A stretch of DNA of 63,226 nt, the filler included, from Choristocarpus tenellus KU-1152 (Eukaryota > Protista > Phaeophyceae): the NCBI GenBank assembly GCA_964200185.2. It is 10 parts of 10 records of this genome, joined end to end, with 100 filler letters (N's around TTAATTAATTAA, not from the genome) between each part and the next. Parts side by side here need not be neighbours in the genome. Positions count along the whole stretch, not along the records: positions 11,443 to 28,919 come from CAXNAD020000669.1; 9 more parts are not named here. The stretch is one strand, 5' to 3'. Both the position numbers and the translations under genes were made by a program. The notes beneath the pieces were generated by a model. It ran no database searches. It was not told the origin of the DNA and was given only the letters and a program-made list of their open reading frames with translations. Shown in pieces: positions 12,403 through 23,614 of the stretch. Each line of letters begins with the position of its first letter. The first letter of the stretch is position 1.

Positions 12403-14438
12403 ATCGTGTGATTCTAGGCGGCGTGGTTCACTCGAGCAAGAGTGGTGAAGAGAATCACCAGGCAAGATGGACCAGACAGACCAAGATGAACCGTAACCGA
12501 GAGGATGAGGTTATGGTTGGACGAGTGCAAGACTGCAAAGACTTGCAGGAGTCTCTTGAAAGATTCCGCACCTCAATTGTTCGTAAGACCCTCCACTGGA
12601 ATCGGGGATTCGAGACACGGAACGTTCATCGGTATAACGGTGTATGGCGTACGGCAAAAACGGTATAACAACAGACAAATCTGCTTTGTATATGACCCCC
12701 GTTGCTGATCGGCCTTTTGAAGCCATGTAAACATGATTCAAGGTCAATCAAAACGCGAGCTCTGGAAGCAAAATGAGAAACATGTATTGCTGTTAGTATA
12801 GTATTGCGCCATTTTATTACACGACTCCATTATTAATGCAAAATGAAGTGTAATACATAAACGAGGCATTAATAAATATCTGATCAGCATATCATTAGCC
12901 TGAGGTTGATGGTATGTGGTCGGCATACTAGTCAAGCTTGTGAGGTCTGAGAGTATGGGATCAGCATATCAATCAGCCTAAATACGAGGCAAGAGGCATA
13001 TGTGGCCAGCACATAGGGTCTCTTGTATCTTGTTCACACAGAGAATATTCAGAATGGGGATACGAAGAGCAAACACTGCACAATGTCAGTAAACTGTTTG
13101 ACTAGTGTTTGTGATCTGACATTGCTATACGAGTGTTATATGATGATTTTGCTCAACACTCCGATGTGTGAAAACACAAGCGCGTGTTACATGATCAATG
13201 TCAATAGAGGAGAACAACAATATCAAATGTATGCACCCATTCTCCTTCCTGACATTCTGACATTGATTGGAATATTGTTCATGATTACTACAATGTTCCA
13301 AGAGGACAACTCGGACCTACGATGTTGATGATTCGTCTCTCCAAAACGATACAATGTGACTGTATCGCTATTACATCATTTCGGGGGGATCATGTCACTC
13401 GAAAAGATAATAAACAAAGACCAATACTAACTACTCAACTTAAATTTCTGTCACTTGTCTTGAATCTTCGTTTCGATGAGGTTAGTCATTTCATGATGAT
13501 CAACAAATCCATTTCATGAAAATATGACATGATGTATTGAACAGCCACCTCTAGCACGCGGATGCTAATGTACCTGGTGATATAGTCTCTTCACCACCGC
13601 ATGTGTCCACCCATGAAAACAAGGAGAGTTGAGAGGTAAGATTGACTATATTATTCATATATCTAAATGCAACCAATATACGTGTATATAGTCTATTTGC
13701 AAGGATTGATTAACCTGGTCAACACAAGATATCAAGTCAGAGGTGTTCGTGAACAGGTTAACTGGCATCTGTTACCAGTTATCTAATCTCCTCCCGAAAC
13801 GATAGACTATACCCATCTATGATAAAATGTCACACATACGATTTGTCTAAACTAGATGTTCAACCTATGTAGAGGATTACGGATTACGATATGTGGGGAC
13901 CACGAGATCCGGCCAAGAACAAACATATAAAATTGGCGAGGATCTGTACTCTGCACATATATACAACAACCCCTTCTTTACTGAAAAGATAGGTTACACT
14001 ATTACGGCAATGCATGATATACAGACTATACGAAGGAATGTGGTAATAGTAAATACGAATTCTCAAGTCAACACTGTGTGGGACTAGAATTTTGAGTAAA
14101 AATATATTAGAGGGTAGAGCCGCGTCCGTTTGGAGTCCAAAATCCAATGTTGCGATTTTGATGCAATTTTGGCTATCATGTTTGTTAGGAAGTGTCAATA
14201 TCCTTGTTGCGGACACATCTTTTCATAGTTTTATACACATCTTATACCTACTCCAAAACGTTACACTTTATCTACTCTGAAAAGTGTCGGAGTAGGAAAA
14301 TGTCATATATAACCCGTGGGAAGCCAAGCCCCAAACGGGCAAACAGGGCAAACCTCCTACCCTCTTCAATGCTGTGACTCTTTACTGGTTATCTAATCCA
14401 TTTACTGCACGATAGGCCGTAATCATTTCACGGCATTG
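12403..14438 (-). mobile_element. LTR-like family A copy (about 1.8 kb, ends eroded) carrying a MITE
   Basis: Colinear reverse-complement match to 50809-52839 along its length; its end also matches 36233-36308. Confidence 0.8.
14094..14380 (-). mobile_element. MITE family 1 copy, TSD TTT
   Basis: Degenerate TIRs GAGTAAAAATATATTAGAGGGTA...TACCCTCTTCAATGCTGTGACTC; the empty site is visible in the LTR-A copy near 50873-50890. Confidence 0.85.
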
Positions 14439-15294
14439 ATGTTGGAGCACTACATTCTACCCCCAGAGCAATTTGGAACATGGAGTATCAACACGATGAC
14501 ACCAAGTGCCCTAGAACTTTGCCACTGGAGGACACAATATAGGGCACCTATTGAGGTCGTATATGGTGGTGCATTTACAAGGATTGCGGTTTCCTTTAAA
14601 ATTGCTTCGTTGAAACAGGTTCAGCTGGTAACCAATATTTCACTTGTCTTGTGAGAAAAAATTACATTTGGGCATTATCATCTGTTTCTGTTCTGTAAAG
14701 TTCACAATATGAATCTAGACAAGGGGAGCTCTTTGAGTTGAAATATACATATTTTTAGAGAACAACGTGAGTTCTTACTGTTGACAAGTGGACAGTGTGT
14801 GACCGACTTCTGTAAAATACTTACGCCTTGGGGAAAAAATGTTCATGGAAGGTGTGGTGTGGTACTCCAGTTTCTTGGGGTAGCTCTTGTGGAGTCGTTA
14901 TGTGGATTAGTCTTAATTTTGACTTTTGTCGGATCAGATCAAAAGTCCTATTCAGGCGGGTTCTCTATCCACCCCCTCCAGCATCACAAACAGGGGGAAA
15001 TGCCGCCAAATAGATCCGGAAAACCTCGAGCAAATTCTTCAAGGACCCCTCTGGCATTATGTTGGGGATTTTATCGCCAACTAGAATCCAGGAAATTCTC
15101 CAGAAAATCCCCGAGTTCTGCCTACTAAAATGGCACAATTAGGTTGGTGCAGCAGGAAGACACTACAATATTTACCATTAGTGGTATAATGAATCCGTCA
15201 GATAACATGAAGAGTTTGAGTCAAATCGACTGAGAGATAGGGCAGGGTTGCATTTTAAGGGATCCCAAGAAAGGGCAAAAGGACTCCGTTTTGT

Positions 15295-15563
15295 GATCCA
15301 AAGCATTTTGGAGGGTAAGGCCGCATCCATTCAGGGTCCAAAATCCAATGTTTCAATTTTGATTCATTTTGGCTAACATGTCTGTTAGAAACTGTCATTA
15401 TCCTTGTTTCGGGAACACCTTTCATAGTCGTACTCCAAAACGTTTCGGGATAGGTAACTGGGTTGACACAGAAAACCGATAAAGGGCATAAAAAACCCTT
15501 GGGGAGCCAAGCCCCAATCGTACAAAAAGGACAAAACTCCTACCCTCCTAAGCGCTTTGGGTC
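15295..15563 (-). mobile_element. Older MITE-1-related subfamily, TSD TGT, present in both repeat D copies
   Basis: TGT|GATCCAAAGCATTTTGGAGGGTA...TACCCTCCTAAGCGCTTTGGGTC|TGT. Confidence 0.8.
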
Positions 15564-16094
15564 TGTACAATTTCAGAAAGAGTCTTTGTCAAATTGTGGT
15601 ATCACTTTGAGCATGGAAAGTGCAAAAATTAATTTGCGGTACACTATTGTGGAAATAGATCAATAACACGGAGCATGTCGGACAGGGCAAGAAAGATGGC
15701 TTGCGAAATGGGTAGCAAACCTAACTACCTCTCAATTGTTTTGGCTCGTTTTTGTGTATATCATACCGCATCACCTACTAACTCACAACAGTGGTAGTAG
15801 GAGCTCGTGTTCCATAGGAAGCGGGTGTGAGCCTTAATCAAAATGAGAAAATCCAGGAGAAACGATAAGGATATATTATATATATACATATATTCAAGTG
15901 ATAGGGTTAGGGCTGTGGTATAGTGGAGGGTACCGAAACATTTATTACTCTATATGCCAACGGGTGGGCTTGAGGAATTATGTGGATCTAGGGAAAAAGT
16001 AACAAATAATCCAGATCTCACCCCGTAACGTTTTCACGTCAGTCTGTAGAGTGGGTAAAGTGGAATAGTGGAACCTACAAGGTGAAAAAAAAAA

Positions 16095-16353
16095 GAGTGA
16101 AAGTATCTTAGAGGGTACGAGTTTTGCCCTGTTTGACCATTTGGGGCTTGGCTTCCCATGGGTTTTGTTATGATATTTTTCTACTCCAAAATGTTTAGGA
16201 GCAGGTAAAATATACATGTTATGAAAAGGTGTGTCTGGAACAAGGATATTGACACTTACTAACAAACATGATAGCCAAGATTACATCAAAATCACAACAT
16301 TGGCTTTTGGCCCCCAAATGGACACCGCTCTACCCTCTAAGATGCATTGGCTC
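16095..16353 (+). mobile_element. MITE family 1 copy inserted in an A-run
   Basis: TIRs present; empty site at about 23471-23486 in repeat D copy 2. Confidence 0.85.
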
Positions 16354-18014
16354 AAAACATATCAATCCAAAAAGGTGGGCAGTTGTTGTATGAATTGACG
16401 ATTTATGTCCGGTGTATGTATGTGTCTAAGTATGTATGTATGTGTAAGTATGTGTGTGTGTATGTATGTATGTATGTATATAGATAGGTAGGTAGGTAGG
16501 AAGGCATGTATTGCGGCTTATTGTACAAAGGCATATGGGGTCTTTTCTTAGTTCTCCCAAAGATGCTGAAAAGAAGAAGAATCAATCCGAGCACTTGTAC
16601 GGAGAAATAAGGGCGATTTGCAAAATATATAAAGAGTGGCATAAAATGTGAAATGGGGAAAACCTGGATACATCTAGCTTACCTTGGCTCTGTAGCTAAT
16701 TGCTATGAAGAAACGATATATTTACTGCACACACATCCCACCGGGTTAATACTGTTTTGGTTTGAGGTTAGAAAATTCTGTAAACGTGTTTGAAAGGCTA
16801 CGACATGGTTTGACGAATGAGTACTAAAGGTATGAGCCAAGAACTACTCGCTTGGGCAGTAACTGCTATTCGATTGTGACAACAACATGTTTTACCCTGG
16901 AATATCCCGTGCTACATACACCTAAATGACAAGAGTATAGGAATTTCTCGTTTCTTAATGGGGCATATTTATAATCCGTTTTCTTTTTCTGTTGCGTACT
17001 TATGTAGGGATAGGGATATGTCATATTAGCGCCTTTCTTACCACAGGCAAAATGCTTGGCATGGGCTGGAGTATTACTGTGTCTTCGCCTGGTGCTTAAA
17101 TGAGGTTCGTAGCGGATGTCATACCTACTGAATATGGTGTGGTTTCAAATAGATATACATACACATGTGGGGATGATCCTGACAACATATTTTTTCTGGT
17201 TGTGTGGAGGGCAATATTTCGACAGATATATTTATAGTCATACTGAGTAAGGTGACACACTTACCATATTTACACTTTTCATTAGCATCGTCATCCTCCT
17301 AATTGTTTGCTGTTGGAGCTGCTAGCAGTACTAGTCGTTGTGCTAATAATGGTGGCAATAGTAGTAATATTACCATTTCTAGTGTGCTAGTAGAATTTCA
17401 GTCAGTAGCATCCATACACTCATCATGGATCATATCAGTACTGTAAGTATAGTAGTAGTGAGTGCTTATTGTACTGGTAAGAATTCCGAATTACTACTGC
17501 AATATACCATCCCCAATACTCCTAGTATTTATGAAGTTGAAAATGCTTCACAACGAATACCTTCAATCATTGTAAACATGTAGTTGGAGTAAGAGCTCTA
17601 CCAGGGATATCAAAGGCGCACTAGCACATTCCACTATGCCATTTGATTGTTTTATCACACACAGACCACGTGGGGGGGGAGGGAGGCCAATGCATCACAC
17701 TCAGTCGCTCACAATGGACGGCTTGATTAAGTATAATGAATGTTGGCAAGCCAGAACATCCTCCTTTTTGCTGTCATCAAAATGTAACAAGAGGGATTCT
17801 TAAATGCTCGGTGCGACGATAACATGAACCTTTTTTTGGCCGGACACCTTGCCAGCAATACAAATCCCTGATCACAAAAAATGTCCATTTACTTCAGAGA
17901 ATTAAATAGCCCAAAATATGATTGAATCTGTATCCTCCACAATAATGATAATGATACCCTTGAAGTACAACGGAGTCAGTGCTCTTTCAGTATGTATGCG
18001 TAAGGCCCCAAGTT

Positions 18015-20426
18015 CTAGTGTAATTGATCAGCAGGGTCACTTTCCATTCCTTCCACCTCTGATCTTTTCCCTCCTATGCTCTTTTCCGTGCAATCCACTC
18101 TCAGTGTCACTCGAATCCGTCCAACAACCCTCCCCTCTCCTTCCCTTGAGTGAGGGTGGTAGAGATTGTACCATACACCCGGGGTTGTGCTGTTGGATAT
18201 AGTGTTTCTCACATACTCCACATTCACTTCCTTAAAGGTCCCATCAACTGCTGATTTCTTCGGGCCTCCCGCTCTGTGCGGCATTATTTCGTTATCATGA
18301 TGAGTATTGGGAGCAGTGGCATGACTGCTTTCTACAGGGTCAGTTCCTTGCGCATGCCCTGTCTCCTTGTTCTTCTTATCGTCTGCTATTTCTTCTTCAA
18401 CTTTGAGCTTAGCTACATCATCGTCACCTCTGACATTTCCCACTGTTATGTAACTGTCAGTATCACCAGCACCGTCAACGACTGAGCCTGAGCTGATTTG
18501 TTGCCGATCACCTACTATTTGCCCTTGTTTTTTCCTTCTCCTCCTTACAACTGCTCCCACTGCTCCTGTAAAGACGCCAGCGAGGGTGATTGCATTTTTA
18601 CCACCACCATTATCACCTCCCTCCATTATATCATCTTTGTTCCCCTCCTCTGGACTCAAGCCCACTTTCAATCCGGTGTTTTCGAGCCCAAAGCTCGAAC
18701 TTGGTGACTTTGGAAAGGCTGACCTTGCGCATCCTCTCAAATACATTTGCCCCTCGGACAAAGGAAGGGACACCTTCCCCAATAGCATAGCTTGACTTTG
18801 TGTCTTAATTCCATCCCTAGCACACCTACCCTCGTTCTCATGCTTCTCACCACCAACCTCGCCTTCCTCTCCATCCCACCCTTTTCTATACCCACTCTGC
18901 TCATTATTATGCCCTTGGTGGTGTTGTGTACCTCCACTGGCGATGACTGCTGTGTGTGTTGTTCTCCCTGTGATAGATGGGTTCGGGATTGGTGTTCTAC
19001 TCTTCCATGCTGATAGTCTGAATATCCCCCCAAGCTTGATCAAGGGGGGGGTAGGTCCTGGCACTCCCGAGAGGTGCAATGATGAAGATGAATCAACATG
19101 ATTGGGTTGGTTTTGGGACTGCATAGTACTGGTCCCGTTTCCGTCTACTTGCTCCAACATGGCTATGTCTAGGCGGACTCCTTCTTTCTTTTCTCCTCGA
19201 GATGTAGGGGCTGAGATGCACTTGTTGTCACTACCTTGTGCTTCAGTCCTTTTTCCTGGGGTCATATCATTGTCTCCAATGAAGCTCTTCAATATGGGTG
19301 TTGAGATGTGTGGGTGTGATGGGCGCAGCTGATGGTCTGATGATGATAATGTGTTCACTCCAGAGTCATGATCACCAACATCACTTTCACTGTGACCCTC
19401 ACCTCGCATCCTCACACCTGTGGTCAAGTCCCCTCCCTCCAGCACGCGGTTTGCGCAAAGTCTTCTCGTACTGCAAGTGCCTTGCCAAAGGCTTCTCGTA
19501 CTGCAATTGCCTTGCCAAACCTCAAGAACAACTCTTGCTGATTTTTCCTCTGCCAAAGCCTGGTCAAACCTACTCCCAGTTCCAGGGTCCGCTGTTCTCG
19601 ACCGTGAAGTATGCGAATCTCTTCCCTCTTTCATGTTTCCCCCTGCACCATGCATGCTCCTCGATATTTTTTTTCCAGGCGACCAAGGAAATGATGAGAA
19701 CGTTTGCAGATGATTAGAACTACTGCAGCTCACGCTCTCACACTCGCCACTGCATACCAAATTGCCATTCCCTACACCATTTACACTGCTATTGTTCACA
19801 CTAACCCTGTGCTTGGGACCCCAAACCATAGCTACCTTTGCGCCCCCGCCCCATCTTGGCCTTTTGCCTGCTGCAGAGGATGAGAAGGATGCGGGGGTGC
19901 CTGTGGGATCAGCAATCGCTGAGGAGATGGTGAAATCGTTAAGCCTGTCAAAGTATTTCTTTTCTGTCGCCTCCTCATGCCTTACGGGCGAACAACCATC
20001 TAGTAGATTCTGCATAAGATCTTCTGCTCCAGACCTCTCCTCTGATACGCCAAAGGTCTTAGCAGAAGGTAGTACGATGGGAGAGGGGGATGGTTGAGTA
20101 TCGCACCCATGCTGTGCTCGAAGCACTTCTCTCATAACAATAGGGCAAGATGTGTAGAGGTTCAGCTCCTCCCCTCTGCTCGAATCATCCGAAAAATCCC
20201 ATCTCCAACATACGTGCTGTGCGCTTTGGGACAAAGCCAGGGAGCAGGCAGAGGGTCCTGAGGTAGTGGATGCAGGAGAGAGTAGAGTATTGTTGGCCAA
20301 AGAGGGAGAATATCCCAGTGAAGCCAAGGATGTGGGAAAGAGTGCTGGTGTGGAGCTCTCTGCGGAAACTCTGCCCAGAGTGATGCGCAGGAATGGAAGG
20401 GCCTTCTCCATGCTTTTGGGTGGAGT
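18015..20426 (-). CDS. Very long exon of a large low-complexity protein with dispersed C2-domain-like strands; likely upstream exons near 20613-20884 and 21073-21170
   Basis: 2.6-kb stop-free ORF in a window where old TE frames are full of stops. Candidate acceptors at 20426 or 20370. Motifs VVLEVWQG, LLGKVSLPLS, GVWYNLY...GRIRVTLRV. The exon ending at 21073 joins the 20884 exon in phase 1. Boundaries are uncertain. Confidence 0.7.
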   Translation of the reverse strand, partial: TPPKSMEKALPFLRITLGRVSAESSTPALFPTSLASLGYSPSLANNTLLSPASTTSGPSACSLALSQSAQHVCWRWDFSDDSSRGEELNLYTSCPIVMREVLRAQHGCDTQPSPSPIVLPSAKTFGVSEERSGAEDLMQNLLDGCSPVRHEEATEKKYFDRLNDFTISSAIADPTGTPASFSSSAAGKRPRWGGGAKVAMVWGPKHRVSVNNSSVNGVGNGNLVCSGECESVSCSSSNHLQTFSSFPWSPGKKISRSMHGAGGNMKEGRDSHTSRSRTADPGTGSRFDQALAEEKSARVVLEVWQGNCSTRSLWQGTCSTRRLCANRVLEGGDLTTGVRMRGEGHSESDVGDHDSGVNTLSSSDHQLRPSHPHISTPILKSFIGDNDMTPGKRTEAQGSDNKCISAPTSRGEKKEGVRLDIAMLEQVDGNGTSTMQSQNQPNHVDSSSSLHLSGVPGPTPPLIKLGGIFRLSAWKSRTPIPNPSITGRTTHTAVIASGGTQHHQGHNNEQSGYRKGWDGEEGEVGGEKHENEGRCARDGIKTQSQAMLLGKVSLPLSEGQMYLRGCARSAFPKSPSSSFGLENTGLKVGLSPEEGNKDDIMEGGDNGGGKNAITLAGVFTGAVGAVVRRRRKKQGQIVGDRQQISSGSVVDGAGDTDSYITVGNVRGDDDVAKLKVEEEIADDKKNKETGHAQGTDPVESSHATAPNTHHDNEIMPHRAGGPKKSAVDGTFKEVNVEYVRNTISNSTTPGVWYNLYHPHSREGEGRVVGRIRVTLRVDCTEKSIGGKRSEVEGMESDPADQLH

Positions 20427-21239
20427 CTGGCGCATCGGGCCAAGAGAGCATAAGGGTGGGATGGGGTACATCACATGATTTGTTTGGGTATATGGGATAT
20501 ATGACAGGTACTGTAGGAATACTGAGATACTACGATTATGTGGATGAAGATCGATGGGGGAAGAATTCTGAGGAGTTGTTAGAGCATTGGGAAGGGACTT
20601 GAAATGCATCTACCTCCACACACATCTCTTAAAGAAAGATTCTTCAAGCTTTGTCAGGCAGATGCAATTTCTCAATATAGGCAGATAAAACAACACCGTA
20701 TCCAATTTTATAGCTCTGTGTCCAATGTGCTCTTTCCAAGGCAGGCAGATGCCCTGTGAAGGATAAAACAAGTCTATTTGTCTCAAATGGACCTCACGTC
20801 CCCCTGTCTTTAGTGTGAAAGAAACCAAAAAGAGGCTCAGAGGATTTGGGGATTTCTTAATACCTGGAAGATAGCAGCGTCCTCCTGCAGACGAAAACGC
20901 ACTTAGACTCTATAAGATTGAAGTGAGCAAGAACAGCTTCAAAATATGCATATGGCATTATTACTTTGACCTAACTGCAAAACATCCATGAACATGCTCT
21001 TCTTGGGAAGAGATCACACCAAGTAATTTGTGTAGTCATTTACAACAAACCCACTCCAGGCCAAATCAGCACCTTTGCATGGAGTCCGTCCATCAGTCCC
21101 CTCGTAGCCCTTGCTATCCCTTGCGATGGTAGCTCCTATCTGAGTGTTGTTGTAGTTGTAGCTCATGCAAGACAGCGACCAGCATGACTACCTTCTCACC
21201 GCCAGATTCCTTGGCATTACGCTGATACACAGTAGCGAT

Positions 21240-21780
21240 AATGGGAGAATATTGAAAAACAAAACATAGAATGGGCTGCATATTGATATTTTGTGTGGAT
21301 TATAAAAAACTCAAAATTGAGATTGGTTGAGCCCAGATTTACCAATCTAAGTTTCCGTTGAAGAATAGATTCTGGAAGGTGATGAGATTGATCAGGCTTG
21401 GTAGAAAACAAATATTACTGAATAGACACTGTTGCAAAAATGCTCTACTCTATTGAAGTAATGCAACAGAACAAGGCTGTATATAATATTGTGATAGTGG
21501 CACTGAGAGAAAAATATGCAATGGAGTCCAGGGCGATGTATTGTTCTATTTGCCTTCTGAGAATGGAGAGTTCCTTTTGCATAGACTCTCAATATATATG
21601 TCTGGAGATACTCCTCGAGTTGATCATCTCACCCAACGAATGATATACTGCTCTCCGTGCTGCTAATGACGCTAAGCGAATTGGAGAAGCAATTGAGCCC
21701 TGGAGGTTTTTCTTGGACATATAGTAGTACTGGAGTATCACCTAAGCATTGGAACAACATTATTTAATTTTTCAAGGTTA
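21240..21780 (+). pseudogene. Degenerate Gypsy RT/RNase H fragment
   Basis: CVDYKKLK (TGTGTGGATTATAAAAAACTC) matches the RT CxDYRxLN motif; remnants of RNase H motifs follow; many stops. Confidence 0.55.
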
Positions 21781-22323
21781 AAAAGAGAAAACAAGAACTC
21801 AAGAGGTCACGAGCCCTCTCTCGACAAAGGAAGTTCTGCCCAAGGCTGGGGTAAAACCCAATTATCTTCTTATGCATTTTGTGCTCGAAGATGTAGGAGC
21901 ACTCCATTCTATACCCAGAGAAATTTGGAACATGGAGTATGAACACGACGACACTAAGTGCCCTAGAACGTGGCCACTGGAGGACACAATATAGGACACC
22001 TTTTGAGGTGGTATATGAGGTGCATTCAAAAGGGTTGCGGTTTTCTGTACTGTTGCTTCGTTAAACAGGTTCCCTTGTCTTGTGAGAAGAAGCGACTTTT
22101 TGGGCATAGTTATCATCTGTATTTCTGTGCTGTAAAGTGCACAACATGGATCTAGACAAGGGGAGCTCTTTGAGTTGAAATATATATTTGTAGTGAAGAA
22201 CGTGAGTTGTCACTGTTGACAAGTGGACAGTGTGTGACCAACTTCTGTAAAATACATGTGCACTGGGAAAAAATTGTTGATGGAAGGTGTGGTGTGGTAC
22301 TCCAGTTTCTTGAGGTTGCTCTT

Positions 22324-22540
22324 GAGTCAAAGTATCTTAGAGGGTAGAGCCGCGCCCCTTTGGAGGTCAAATTCCATTTTTACAAATTGAAGTAATTTGG
22401 GCTATCATGTTTGTTAGGAGATGTCAACATCCTTGTTCCGGACACACATTTTCATAACGTACACATTTTGCCTATTCCAAAACAATTTGGAGTAGGTAAA
22501 ATGTCATTAAGAACTCGTCCCCTCGAAGATACTTTCATTC
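22324..22540 (-). mobile_element. MITE family 1 copy (internally deleted)
   Basis: GAGTCAAAGTATCTTAGAGGGTA...GATACTTTCATTC flanked by TCTT/TCTT; empty site at about 14881-14895. Confidence 0.85.
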
Positions 22541-22902
22541 TCTTGTGAGGTCTTCATGTGGATAGTCTTAATTTTGACTTTTGTCGGATCAGATCAAAAT
22601 TCTTATTCAGGAGGGTTCTCTGTACACCCCCTCCAGCATCACAAACAGTGGAAAATGTCGCCAAATAGACCCGGAAAACCTCGAACAAATCCTTCAAGGA
22701 CCCCCCTGGCATTGAAATTGGGGACTTTATCGCCAACTAAAATCCAGAAAATCTCAAAGTTCTGCCTACTAAAATGGTACAATTAGGTTGATGCAGCAGG
22801 AAGACACTACAATATTTACCATTAGTGGTATAATGAATCTGTCAAATCGATTGAGATGTAGGGCGGGGCATCCCAATAAAGGGCAAAAAGACACTGATTT
22901 GT

Positions 22903-23172
22903 GAGCAAAAGCATTTAAGGGGGTAGGGCCGCGTCCATTCAGGGTCCAAAATCCAATGTTTCAATTTTGATTCATCTTGGCTAACATGTTTGTTAGAAAG
23001 TTTCAATATCCTTGTTCTAGGCACACCTTTCATAGTCGTACTCCAAAACGTTTCGGGGTAGGTAACTGGGTTTACAGAGAGAACCGCTAAAGGGAATAAA
23101 AAACGCTTGGGAAGCCAAGCCCCAATCGGACAAACAAGCCATAACTCCTACCCTCCCTAAACGCATTGGATC
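22903..23172 (-). mobile_element. Older MITE-1-related copy, TSD TGT (same insertion as 15295-15563)
   Basis: TGT|GAGCAAAAGC...GCATTGGATC|TGT. Confidence 0.75.
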
Positions 23173-23614
23173 TGTACAATTTCAGAAAGAGTCTTTGGGG
23201 AATTGTGGTATCATTTTGTGCATGGAAAGTGCAAAATTAAGTTGTGGTACACTGATGTGGAAATAGATCAATAGCACGGAGGGCGTTGGACAGGGTTAGG
23301 GGTGTGGTATGGAGGAGGGTACTAAAACATTTATTACTCTATTAAGGCACAAAGGGCGGGCTTGATAAATTATGTAGAGGTAGGGAAATAGTAATAAATA
23401 ATACAAATCTCACCCCAAACGTTTTGACACGAGTTTTAAAGCGGGTAAAGTGGAATAGTGAAACCTACACGATAAAAAAATATATCAATACGAAAAGGTG
23501 GGTAGTTTTTGAATGTATTGACCAGTTACGTCTGGTGTATGTATGTATGTATGTATGTATGTATGTATGTATGTATGTATGTATGTATGTATGTGTGTGT
23601 GTGTGTGTGTTTCA

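Larger units (their letters stand above)
14440..16500 (+). repeat. Non-coding repeat D, copy 1 (core about 1.5 kb) ending in a (GTAT)n/(GTAG)n microsatellite
   Basis: Colinear with 21892-23610; both copies end in (GTAT)n; some MITE insertions differ between copies. Confidence 0.85.
21892..23610 (+). repeat. Repeat D copy 2 with a (GTAT)n(GT)n tail
   Basis: Colinear with 14440-16500. Confidence 0.85.
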
